Origin: Eledone cirrhosa
Taxonomy: Eukaryota
DNA length: 64,000 nucleotides
Direction of reading: 5' to 3'
Assembly: GCA_964016885.1 (NCBI GenBank)
Contig: OZ024741.1
Coordinates: 315,084,001-315,148,000, forward strand
Each line of letters opens with the position of its first letter. The first letter of the stretch is position 1. Both the position numbers and the translations under genes were made by a program. Below the pieces are notes generated by a model. The model had not been told where the DNA came from, searched no databases, and was given only the letters and a program-made list of their open reading frames with translations. Shown piece by piece: positions 51,705 to 64,000 of the stretch.

Positions 51705-54700
51705 ATGCCTAGCCTGAATTCCACGCCCACCTCAAACACTTCATCACCCGCTCCTCCCGCCCTGATAACTCCAATCGGCTCTCCAACTCTCTTACCTCCT
51801 CTTCGCTAAGACCCGGCATTCCAGCCACATCCATTTCCCCAGCCGCGGCCCCCACGGCTTCCGACTCCACTTCCACACCTCCCCCTCGCTTCACTCTCCA
51901 CCCAACACATTCTCACCCGCTCCTCGCGTCTCCTCATGCGTGCCTCTCTCCGCTCCTCTCTCTCCACCATCCGCAAACTCTCCCTCACTCTCCTCCGCCT
52001 CCGCTCCACCTGTCACCCCCTTCTCGCCCACTCCATCAACCTCTTCATCCATAACCTCAACCACGACCTCGTCTACTTCCTCACCTCCACCAAAGCCCAG
52101 AAGCCTCATTCACACCTTCCCCGCACCAGCTTCTCCCCGAGACGCCTCCAGCCCCACCTCACCCTCACACACTTCCACATAACCCTCCACTACCGGCATG
52201 AGGACAATTCAGCACACTGGACGCCTTCGTTGACGCGTACCGTAGCACATAAACCGTTTTGACTTCTGCCCATAGGTCCAAACGGAGCAACCTCTCTCGG
52301 GTCCTCCGTAACCGCGACGACATCATCATCAAACCGGCGGACAAGGGAGGCGCTGTGGTGTTGTGGCGCGGCGACCTCTACACGGCTGAAGCACTCAGGC
52401 AGCTCCGCAACTCCCTCTTCTACCGCCCCCTACCTTCCAATCCCACCCCACCTACCAACAACAAGTTTCCTTCACCATGCAACACCTGGTCTCCTCCTCC
52501 TTCCCACCGCCTCCCATCTCATCGTCCGCACCAACCGCACCCCCACCATCTACTTCCTGCCCAAGATCCCCAAATCCGACAACCACCGAATACATTTCCA
52601 CCTTTCTTGACTCCATCCGTGCCCCCCTCGTCACTGCCCCCTCCCACATCCCGACACCAACCACGCCCTCCACCTTTTTGACTCCCTCACCTTCCCACCC
52701 GGCCCACACCCCTGCATCTTCACCATTAAATCCCTCTATACTGTCATTCCCCACACCGACGGCCTACGCACCATCCGACATTACCCCGACCTTCGCCCCT
52801 CCTCCATCCCCTCGACCTCCATCCTCTTCCGCCTCACCGAGCTGGTCCTTACCCTTAACTGCTTCTCCTTCTCGGCTGAATTTTACCAGCAGGTCACTGG
52901 GGTAGCCATGGGCACAAGAAAGGGCCCCAACTATGCCAACCTTTCGTCGGCCATGTTGAGGCCCAAATCTTTGCCCAATACACCGGTCCCATGCCCGAAC
53001 TGTAAGGTCGTTACATTGACGACCGCATCGGGTACACGATCCTCATCCGAGAACAGCTCGACTCTTTTCTCTCCTTTTTCTGCTCCTTCCACCCTTCCCT
53101 CCACTTCACCAACTCTATCTCCACCACCCACGTCCATTTCTTCGCATTTCCGTCACCACCGACCCCTCCCAACGTTCCCTCATCACCTCCGTTTTCTTTA
53201 AACCCACGGACTCCCACTTCTAGCTTGACTTCATCTCTTCCCTCCCTACACACACGAATCACTCCATTCCTTACTCCCAACTCCTCCGGATCCACCGCCT
53301 CTGTAGCTGAGATGCTGACTTTGAGACTCAGGGTCATTCTCTGGTCAGCTATGTCACCCGGAGCGGTTACCCTCTCCCTCGTCCACGCTACTGTCACCAG
53401 CGCCCGCGCAGTCCACTGATCTGCCGCCCTCACCTCTCGCTCACCCACCACCTCCCCTTCCCCCTCACCTACTACCCCGCCACCCTACATCACCAACGAA
53501 CCATCCTCCGCCTCTTCCGACGGCTCCAGTCCGACCCCTCCACCACACCATATTCCCACTCCCACCCTCCCCTCCTTCAAACGTGCGCGCAACCTCCGCC
53601 ACCTCCTCGTCCACAGCACTCTAGCCAACTCCGTTCGCCCCCGGTTCCCTTCCCTTCTCCAGATCCCGCTGCCACACCTGCCCCCACATTACCAACACCA
53701 CCACCTTCGAGGGTACCAACTGCCACTCTCTCTCTCTGTCCGGCATGCCTTCTGCTGCACCTCCTCCAACCTTATCTATGGACTCCTCCAACCACACCTA
53801 TGTACACACCGATACACATCCACCACACACCCGTACTACCACCACTAACCCCCACCCTTATTTGACCACCCCAACACTAATAAACTAACACCCACCCTAC
53901 TACACACACACACACTCATACCCAAACCACGCACACACACCAATATGTACACACTCACTCACACGTACCTAACACCTTCTCTCTCTATCCCCCGTACTAC
54001 TAACAACACCTCCACACATACCTCCTACTAACACCTCCACTAATATACACACAACCCCCTTCACACACCATCACTCCCTTCTCCTTCAACTTTTCGCACC
54101 GATTCATCTCCTCTCCCGTCCACTGCACCTCCACACACACACACACACATACAGGCCACAACTGCTAACTACCAGTCGCCTACTACTATCACCTTTCTCG
54201 CCCACTTCACCCTGCCATCTCCTCCCCTTGCCTCGACCATTTTGACCGTTTCCTGTTGTGCGCACCTCACAACTTTCTACTTCCTCCTCACCAATTGCTC
54301 GGACCTTATCACTCTGATCCCATATTCGGATATCTACGAAGAGTACCACCTGGATCCTCGCCATCCTTCTACCCACACACCGGAAAACAATTCAGTTACA
54401 GAAACACTTACACCATTTCCGCACACACGCAACCACACATTCCCACGCATACACGCCACACATAAACACACACGCATACGTGTGTATCCCCACTCCGCCC
54501 CCGGATTCCACACGCTCTTTCCCCCACCCATCCAACCCCTATCCACACGCACACGCGAACACACACAGACATTCACTCCACCCCAACGTACACAATGGTT
54601 TTCCAAAAGCCAAGCATGCAATCCCGCTCTCCCTCAGACTCCCACACTTACATCAACGCATACATACACACACGTACACCTATACACACGCACACGCACC

Positions 54701-54990
54701 CACATTCCGCTCTCTCCGCTCGGACCCTTTTTTTCCTTCTGCCCTCTCCCTTCCCCTCCATCCACCCACCACCTCTACACGCCTCATCTTTTCACCACTT
54801 GTTTTTAACTTTTATTTTCCAACTCATGTGTTATTTTTCTATTTTTTCCACTTCCTCCTCCTTCTCCTTTCCACCACTCTCCCGATGAAGGGCATATGCC
54901 AGAAACGTTGCACCTACACCCCCATTCTCAATAAGTGGGAACCAAATACCTTTCGTAACATTAACTCCTATGTTGTTTTTTTACTTTCCC
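51705..54990 (+). mobile_element. Degenerate C-rich Penelope-like element D (Neptune-like)
   Basis: LRNRDDIIIKPADKGGAVVLW, IYFLPKIPK, FYQQVTGVAMGTRKGPNYANL, YIDD, KPTD, SIPYSQLLR, RNLRHLLVHS, RCHTCPH. Degenerate HHR-like CCGATGA...GAAAC at 54882-54906. Confidence 0.85.
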
Positions 54991-55010
54991 ATATATATAT
55001 ATATATATAT

Positions 55011-56937
55011 ACAAATATAAATTAGCGAGAATCGTATTTCGGCTATTGGAAATTAGCGAAAAACAACTTCCGAGATGTGTGGCAAGCGCTCAATAGGTTC
55101 GAACGAACCAGAGCTACAACATACGTTAAAAGGCAAAACACACTGAGACGATGGTTAAACCATTATCCGCACAGCCATAGAAACGACCAAGTAATTCGGG
55201 TCAAACAAATAAAGAAATATGATTGAAAACTTTACCCGGACCCCTGGATGGTTGGTGAAAATCCAGCATTTGGGTTTCTGCGACTCCTAAATCAAGTACT
55301 GCCCGCTTAGACAAATAATGTTAAGCTTTTGGTAAGATGATTGAACAAGGAAGTCACTTTTTCAACAGGCTTTTAGTTCAAGTGCCAGGCCAAGGATTGA
55401 GCGTTACCAATGCCCACGTGAGGCTCGACAAGGGAGGCAACCCTTATTTTTGGCGGATGAATTCAGTATGTGTATTATTATTGCAAAATTGCAAAATATC
55501 ATAAAACGAATTAAGTTCTCAACAGAAGGTTTTAAAGTTAACAAAAGCTATTCATCAGTCAATAGAATCAACTAAAAAAATCAAGAAAATTAACTGGTCA
55601 ATAGCTCGACTCTGGAGATTACTACAAATATAAATTAGCGAGAATCGTATTTCGGCTTAGGAATTAACGAAAAACAACTTCCTGGATATGTGGCAAGCGC
55701 TCAATGATTCAGATGAACCAGAGCTACAACATACGTTAAAGGCCAAACACACTGAGACGATAGTTAAACAATCATCCGCATAGCCATAAAAACGACCAAG
55801 CAATTCGTGTCAAACAAATAAAAATATATGTGATTGAAAATTTACCCAGACTCCTGGATGATTGGTAAAATCCAGCGTTTGGGTTTCTGCGACTCCTAAA
55901 TGAAGTACTGTCCGCTTACACAAATAATGTTAGGCTTCTGGTAAGATGATTGAACAAGGAAGCCACTTTTTCAACAGGTTTTAGATCGAGTGCTAATTTA
56001 AGGAATGACCGTTACCGACTCCACATGGGGCTCGGCAAGGGAGGCAACCCTTACTTTAGGCGGATGAATTCAGTATGCGTATATTATTGCAAGAATGCAA
56101 AACATCACAAAACGAATTAAGCTCTCAACAGAATGGTTATAAGTTAACAAAAGCTATTCATCAGTCAATAGAATCAACTAAAAAAATCAAGAAAATTAAC
56201 TGGTCAATAGCTAGACTCTGGAGATTAATACAAATATAAATTAGCGAGAATCGTATTTCGGCTTAGGAATTAACGACAAACAACTTCCGAGATGTGTGGC
56301 AAGCGCTCAATGATTCAGATGAACCAGAGCTACAACATACGTTAAAGGCCAAACACACTGAGACGATGGTTAAACAATCATCCGCATAGCCATAAAAACG
56401 ACCAAGTACTTCGTGTCAAACAAATAAAAATATATGTGATTGAAAATTTACCCAGACCCCTGGATGGTTGGTAAAATCCAGCATTTGGGTTTCTGCGACT
56501 CCTAAATGAAGTACTGTCCGCTTACACAAATAATGTTAGGCTTCTGGTAAGAGGATTGAACAAGGAAGCCACTTTTTCAACAGGTTTTAGTTTGAGTGCT
56601 AATTTAAGGAATGATCGTTATCGACTCCACGTGGGGCTCGGCAAGGGAGGCAACCCTTATTTTAGGCGGATGAATTCAGTATGCGTATATTATTGCAAGA
56701 ATGTAAAACATCACAAAACGAATTAAGCTCTCAACAGAATGGTTATAAGTTAACATAAGCTATTCATCAGTCAATAGAATCAACTAAAAAAATCAAGAAA
56801 ATTAACTGGTCAATAGCTAGACTCTGGAGATTAATACAAATATAAATTAGCGAGAATCGTATTTCGGCTTAGGGATTAACGAAAAACAACTTCCGAGATG
56901 TGTGGCAAGCGCTCAATGATTCAGATGAACCAGAGCT

Positions 56938-56944
<7 letters not shown>
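55011..56944. repeat. Tandem repeat, ~606-613 bp unit, 3.2 copies
   Basis: ACAAATATAAATTAGCGAGAATCG starts at 55011, 55624, 56230 and 56836; (TA)n on both sides. Confidence 0.95.
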
Positions 56945-56991
<47 letters not shown>

Positions 56992-56996
<5 letters not shown>

Positions 56997-57403
56997 ACTA
57001 GAAATAGATTGACATATATATATATAAAATAAACATATAGAACAATCACAGGGAATAATCTGTAAAGAATGTAAGCACACATAGCTAGGTAGGTAACCAA
57101 TTAAAGTTTAACTAGAACTTCAAATATAGATACCTTTTAAAATGATCAATCTCCTTTGTATATATTTCTTTAATCAGTATTTAACTACTGTGATTTACTG
57201 ATTAATTGGTGAAATATATTTGCCTATGATATATACAAAGGAGATTAATCATTTTAAAAGGTATCTATATTTGAAGTTCTAGTTAAACTTTAATTGTTTA
57301 CCTACCTAGCTATGTGTGCTTACATTCGTTACAGATTATTCCATGTGATTGTTCCATATGTTTATTTTATATATATGTATGTCAATCTATTTCTAGTTGA
57401 TAT
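56992..57403. repeat. ~170 bp-arm imperfect inverted repeat
   Basis: ~56992-57163 is the reverse complement of ~57231-57403. Confidence 0.88.
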
Positions 57404-57625
57404 GAAATGCTCGGATCTATTCATTGGAATCTTTGAGCTTATTCTACAGAGGATATGGCGCATGTCTCTCAGACATGACAACCCTTAATTTAATTTTGCA
57501 TATATATATATATGATATATATATATATATATATATATATGGTTTAAAGAGCCACATTCGTGTCTCACATTTTTTAGCATTTTAACAGGCGTTGGCAATG
57601 CTCAAACACGAGTGTGCAGCCATCA

Positions 57626-58800
57626 TGTATGTATGTTCTTCTGGTTTTATAATTTCACAAATTTCTGCCAATAGAGAGAGAGTCGGTTTCTAACATAGGC
57701 ACAAGTCTCTCTCATTGGAATTTACACAACATCAACTAGGTAGATCTGTATGCATGTCTGCATGCATGCATGTGTAGATATGGATGGTATTGTATGTGTG
57801 GATGTGGATGTTTTGAGTTATATGTGTGCATGTTTATATGCTTAGTATCTGTACATGTGTATATGCAATTATTAGGTGCAAAATGTTTGGAATGTTTTAC
57901 ATATTTTACTGTTCTATTAATGGATTGTACTTGTAATTTCCTAACAAGTTGTGTACTTTCTGTTCCTGTGAAGCCCAGCTTCTCAATATTTGTATTGAGG
58001 CAGTTTCTAACATATCCCAAATACTCCAATAATCATAGGCATAAATCTGAAGGTATAATCAGGGTGGAGTATCTGCAGATTTCTCATCAGTTCTGCATAT
58101 ATATTCTCCTTTTCGCTAATTTTTAATATTATATTGGCATCTGCTGGACAGCTAACTTCCACTACTGTTTATGCCTTCTTTTCCCTGTTCCATATCATAT
58201 CTGGTCTTTTATACCTGCATTTTATTGAGGTTTTTAGTGGAACATTCCACCAGTACTCTTTTATATTATGTATATGTAAGTCTTCCACATTTCTGTCGCT
58301 TTTAGTGTGTTAATTATCGGGGCTATCTTTTCTACGGATTGCATTGTACAGTGTTTTGGCCACTACATCATGTCTCATAGGTAGATAGTACCGCGATGAC
58401 ATCTTTCGACAACTGCTTATAACATGGGTGACATCTTCAGTGTTTTGCCTGTATCCCTATCTATTTTGTGAATCAGGTATTTCGTGTTGATTTCCTGTTC
58501 TTGGATTGCAAAAGCGTATCCTTCAAAGTGGGAGCCAATATAGCGGTTGTTGGTCCAAGATAGACTACTTTCTTTATCTATATTACTCTCATTCTGGACC
58601 TTATTGGCAACATATCCATGCATGATTTTTTGCTGATAAGCATGCAGTTTTTCATCCATGGATTCACTGCGATACTGCTGAGCGTCTACCTTGGGTGTGA
58701 GTTTCGATTATCACCCAGGGAATACCTCTGGAAGAGTTCCTTCCCATCTCTTATGATCTTATCTGTTCCATGCAGATAGACTTGCTCTAGAGACGGACTC
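57626..58800 (-). mobile_element. R4/Dong-like RLE non-LTR, degenerate 3' half
   Basis: MHGY...DKESSLSW...FEGYAFAIQEQEINTKYL, RHDVVA, RPD. Confidence 0.72.
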
Positions 58801-59089
58801 CTACGTAGACGACTGTGGGCGCTTCAAGACATTCATACGATGCTGTTAGCTGGTATAGACCTGTCTCTGTAAATGCCCTGCTGCAGGCCCATCTACACTT
58901 CTTTAATTGTCGTTTCTGTTTTATTTATATACTTCCAAATTGCTGTGCCGATCATCTGGATGTGTTTGGTGTTTGACACACCAAAATGATGACGTCGTCG
59001 GTGTCTGATGACGTGGTTCAATCAGATTCTAGTGCACGTGGGATGCTCTCCAGCATCTCCAATAAGTGTAGTACTGGCTTGAGAGTCAA

Positions 59090-60195
59090 TACTTACAACT
59101 GGATGCGAGAGGACAAATGAATCCAAAGTAATATGCCTTCGAGTGGGCAGCCTGATAGCGTTGGCCTACCTTATCGAAAGCTTTCGATTGATCTAAATTG
59201 TTCAGGATCACGCATGGACCTGGTTTCTTAACCACCTGTTCTATGATGTATCACATGAGGTAGTGGTTGCCATTGATGGATCTACCTGGGATGGCGAATG
59301 TTTGCGCCTCCCATACCTGAGAACCGCTAGCAAGCGCAGGCCTAAAATTATTAAAATGGTCACATTTATTTGGGTCCCTTCTCAACAGTGCCACTGATCC
59401 TTGGCTCACAGAAGTGGGAATTATCCCGTTCTGCTGCCAGAATGTAAACGTAAAGCTCGTAGGGCACACCATCAAAACAAGGCAATTTATCCCTCGTTCA
59501 GTTAGTCGTTGCCTCCTGTATTCCGACAGTAGTTAATGGCTCTTCGCAACTCTTTGTCTCTGTCGTCGAGACCCGGGATGGGGAGTAGAGGTAGGCACTA
59601 AAGTCCAACCCACGATCCGCCTAAGCGGTTACCGAACAGTCGGGCAAAGTGTTGCTGAAAAGTTATACGCATCTGTTCGGCATCGAGTAACATGCACCCT
59701 TGGAAAGGTTCGAAAGATCGGATTGTGGCTTTGTTACCCCGCCGTGCCTAAGCCACTCGGACCCATTCGAAAACTTTCGTCCACTCGTGTCTAAGATCAC
59801 ACCACTTACTTCTGTCTATGCAGCCTTCGTGCTGAGAATTTAACTATTGATCCAGGACCAATCTCGCCGCAAACACGTTGGTTGCGATTATACTTTGCTA
59901 AATGCCTTTACTAGAGATTTATCTAGATCTCCCTCTACTGCAATATTTTCTGTAGCTACGGCGTTACTAAACATTATCGACTCGACTCTAATCGCCATGT
60001 TGCCGACGAGTGCACTGTTAAGGTTCTCTTAACTAATTCCCATAACCATTCTCTTTAGGTTTTGCGCACCGGGAATAAAGCGTTCAGCTTCCAGTAACCG
60101 GGTTCTTGCCTATCTATTTCTACCACACAATCACAAATTTATGCCTGTGTATTCGACTATTATAAACTGTGGACAACCTATGCTATCCTTGCTGG
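59090..60195 (-). mobile_element. Old degenerate Tx1-type ORF2 fragment
   Basis: Minus strand PGYWKLN (~60085-60103), NFRP, NLDQSKAFDKV (~59168-59200). Confidence 0.8.
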
Positions 60196-60205
60196 CTTCC
60201 CAAAC

Positions 60206-61797
60206 ACCACTATCTGAAACACTAAACAGAACTGGGCTAGGGTATAAATGCTACAATGGGAAAATTAACAATCTCCTATATATATGGATGATCTAAAGCT
60301 GTATGCTACAAATGAAAAACAACTCCAAACACTGCTCCAAACTGTACACGGATTCACAAAAGAAATAGGTATAGAATTTGGATTAATAAAATGTGACAAG
60401 GCAACTCTGAAGAGAGGGAAACTAGTGAAAGCAATAATATCATGTTAGAGAAAAGGAATAGAAATAAGAGAACAAGATCAAACTCAGGCATACAAATACT
60501 AAGGAATCAACGAACTAGATAAGATTCAACACACACAGATGAAAGAAAAGATTATGAAAGAATACTACAGAAGAATTGGGTTAATACTCAAAACTAAATG
60601 CAAAAAAATAAGATGATTGAAATCAACAGTTTAGTAATCCCAGTAATTAGCTACAGCTTTAACATTCTGAACTGGAACTAAAAGAACTAGTTGGAATAGA
60701 TAGAAAAACAAAGAAAAATAACGACTGCATTGAGAATACACCATCCGAAATCAGACGTAGAATTATCATACCTACCAAGAACACAAGCAACTGGAAATCT
60801 CTTATAAAATAACTAATGTTGGACTAAAGGGAAGCTAATACAGATAGCCACGAAACATGAACAAAGCAAATGTGTTCCTATTCTTCAAGGAAGCCAAAAA
60901 GTTCAAATCAGAAAGTGTACTAACAGATAATTGTGAGGAAAATGAAAACAAAGAAAACACAACAATAGAAATTGTGAAAAACATAAAATATAAATTGATA
61001 ACTGACATCCAGAGTGCCATGTTAAGACCTTGGCAAGAGAAATCCTTACACGGTCAATACCCCCAAAAAATCTAAATGGAAAGGAAGTAGACAAAAAAAA
61101 CACACACACACACACAAAACTCACTCCGAAGCACTCGACTAAAAGTTGAAGGATTTCTAATTGCAGCACAGAACCAGAGTCTACCTACTAGAAAACACCA
61201 GAAGTACATAATGAAACAAAGCACAATAAGTAACTGTAGAATATGTGGAGATAGGGAAGAAACAATCAACCACATAGTCTCAGGATGCCCAGCTCTAACA
61301 AAAAAGAATATAACCACAGACATGATATAGTTGGGACTTCATACATTGGCTGTTAGAGATCAAGGCCAACCGAGCATTTATTATAGTCAAAGACCACAAA
61401 GAAGAATGCCTTCTAATAGATATATCTATCCCCACAGACGACAATATATCTTCCACGGAAATAGTGAATATGTCCAAATATAAAGATACAGAGATAGAAA
61501 TAAGTTGAATGTGGAAAATGAAAACAGAAACAATACCTATAATAATAGGTTCCCTAAGTATGATTGGAAACCACACAGATAAATACATAGCCAAAAGCAC
61601 ATAACTTACAAATATATACAGCATATAGAAAATGGCACTACTAGGCACTGCACACACATTACGAAAAGTACTATGAATAAAATAGAAACAGCATCAGCAA
61701 AAACTACATTGCTCATACACAAGACGCACAGAGCTGAGCCCAGTAAAGCAATTATGATGAGCTTTAAAAAATGGTAATAATAATAATAATAATAATG
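60206..61797 (+). mobile_element. R4/Dong-clade non-LTR, 5'-truncated and degenerate, (TAA)n tail
   Basis: YMDDLKLYA, EFGL.KC, WQEKSLHGQY, EGFLIAAQNQSL, CRICGDREETINHIVSGCP, RHD, LIDISIP, PIIIGSL, ALLGTAHTLRKVL. Confidence 0.88.
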
Positions 61798-64000
61798 CTT
61801 TCTTTCTTTATTAACTGCAAGGGTTTACATAAAGTAGACATTAAGGACAGTACAGGACAATACAGGACGGTACAAAGGGGCATTTCTGCGTGTAAAAACA
61901 AAACAAAAAAAAACAGGATGTAACAAAAATAACAATGAAAAATTCCCCAATAGGGGGGAAACTTCTGAGGGACATTTGTGGGGAATGCCCATTAAAAGGC
62001 CATAGTGACCCTGACCATCAGGGCAAGTGCGCTCTCCAGTTTTCCACCTTTAATTTACAGACACATACTCAGAGTAAGCCCATTCACTCGGGCCATACTT
62101 GCTTCTCTCACCCATCTTTCAACAAAATGCTGGGAAGAGAGCACTTCCCTCTCTACCCTGATTTTCCTTTTCAAATGACATTTGAAAAAGTTAATCAGGG
62201 CATCACCGAAGAGGTAAGTGCTCCTCTTCAGCCCTTTCAAACGTGTCCACCATACTATCTCTTTCGCCATGGCCACCAGACAGATAAAAACTGCCTGCCC
62301 TTCCCGGCTAAAGGAAGTGGGCGGGGCAATCCTCACGATGGACTCAGCTGATAGCCGGATTCGTCCTACACGCGACAGCAGGTGTTTGACATAAACAAAC
62401 AAGTCAGCAATGCTCGAACACTGGACGAGTGCGTGCAGGACGGTTTCGTCGCCCTGCGCGCATCTCGGACATGCCCGGCTGACGGCACCTCCATGCCTGT
62501 AGAGTTTTATCCCGAACTGGCAAAGCTCCTCGGTAGCACTGCCAGGCCAGGGATTTCTGGAAGTTGTCCATAGGTCCCGGCCCGAAAGTCCTTCCGAAGA
62601 GATTGGCTAGTTGGTTTTCGTCGACGCCTAGAGTTTCTCCAAGTACGTCGTCGCTCTTCCCCTCCACTAATCCTCTATAGAACGCCAAGGTGGAGTTCCA
62701 CCGATCACATTGCCCGATTGGTCGAGGGCTGTGAGCGCCTGAAGACATTCCAGTCTCCAAGCGCTCCCTCTCGGTCTTCGTTTGACCCAGGACTGCAGCT
62801 CCGTCAAGGAGACGAGCTGGGGAAAGACGTGTCTAGCAAACGGCGACCACACCTGATCACCGTCGAGGAAGAGGTGGAGATGTCGTAGCCTAAGCGCATG
62901 TCTGTGCATCATCAGCCACGGCATGCCCAGCCCTCCACGTAGCGGGTGTTGACAGCAGATGGACCGCCGGACCATCGGAGCGCGTCCCTTCCACAAAAAG
63001 CGAAAGAGCAAACGCTCCAGCGCAGTCAGGCGGGGCTTAGGACAAGGTACGACGGTCAGGCGGTAGTAGATGACGGACGCGATGTACGCGTTAGCCACAT
63101 CCGCTCGACCTTTCAGGGATAGCTTCCTCTCCGCCCATTTCTGGGTGAGAGAAGCCAGCCTGCTCGTCACCTCGTCCCAGTTTTTGTTCGTCTGGAGGTC
63201 CGGACCGAACCAGACCCCTAGCAATTTACCGGTCCGTCCGTCCAGCGCCCGACGAGGCTGTTGGACGGCATGGACCTGCCTCTCCAGGTGCCGAGCTGCA
63301 GGCCCACTGACTTTTCCTGGTTGATCATTGCTCCTGTCACCGCTTCGTATTTTCTTAGTGTAGTGCTGATCGCCTCGATGTGTTTGGCGTTCGACACCAC
63401 TACGGTGACATCGTCCGCATATGCTGACACGGATCTTCCACATCCAGTTCGCGTGAGACCCCCCTCAACGTCTCCAGTTTGTGCAGTAATGGCTCGAGAG
63501 TCAATACGTACAAGAGGGACGAGAGGGGACATCCTTGGCGGACCTCGGCGCCTCCGCCACTCGGGCCCATTGAACGACTTTCGTCCCCTCGTTTCTGAGA
63601 GCACGCACCCTAGCTCTGACAACGCAGCCTTCGTTCTTTGCATTGAAGAATTGGTCAAGGGCCAATTTCGCCGCAAGTACGTCGGTCGCGATGCTTTTGC
63701 TAAGCGCCTCGTCTAATTTTCAGACTAGTTCTCCCTCTGCTCTATTTTTCTCTATAGCTAAAGCCTTACTAAACCTAATGGACTCTATTCTAATCGCTCC
63801 TTTCAGAGCAAACCACCACTTGTTGTTGACGATGGCCCCGTCAACGCTGGCTTAACTAGTTCGATAATCCGGTCTCTGTAGGCCTTACGCGCTGGTAAGG
63901 ACGCGTTTAGCTTCCAGTAGCCGGTTCCTCGTCTATGAAGCCTATCTAAGTCAAGCACACAGATCACAAATTTGTGGTCCGTGTAGGTGACTATCTTGAA
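61798..64000 (-). mobile_element. Tx1-clade LINE ORF2 remnant with internal deletion, continues past window end
   Basis: YTDHK, GYWKLN, VSAYADDVTV, LLGVWFG, KLSLKGR, GGLGMP, MAKEIVWWTRLKGL, 3' AATAAA. The SPGLDG-to-KAFD segment is missing at ~63530, and there are frameshifts. Confidence 0.9.

Noticed and set aside
55400-55660. Hammerhead, HDV-like or twister ribozyme in the 606 bp repeat
   Set aside because: The minus-strand CTGATGA lacks a properly placed GAAA and stem I, and HDV or twister pairings are not consistent across copies

Overview
AT-rich, microsatellite-dense animal genomic DNA. A cephalopod (Octopus-like) origin is inferred from the SINE types and repeat landscape; it is not proven. 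The only host coding sequence I can support is five tandem copies of a symmetric (phase 1-1) 132-135 bp exon encoding an 8-Cys laminin-type EGF repeat (+ strand, 10762-35633), multiplied by local segmental duplications. One copy has lost its splice acceptor. The rest is mostly nested mobile DNA: Tx1/L1-clade LINEs (one near-intact), four Penelope-like elements (PLEs), R4/Dong-like and CRE-like fragments, a Merlin DNA transposon, non-autonomous Helitrons and tRNA-derived SINEs. The most notable structure is a large set of hammerhead-ribozyme (HHR) motifs. These comprise a ~450 bp tandem retrozyme-like repeat with six minimal type I HHRs, PLE pseudo-LTR HHRs, and a non-coding family with a compensatory U3-A8 core and a predicted loop II/5' flank pseudoknot. 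All calls and folds were made by eye, and repeat boundaries are approximate.
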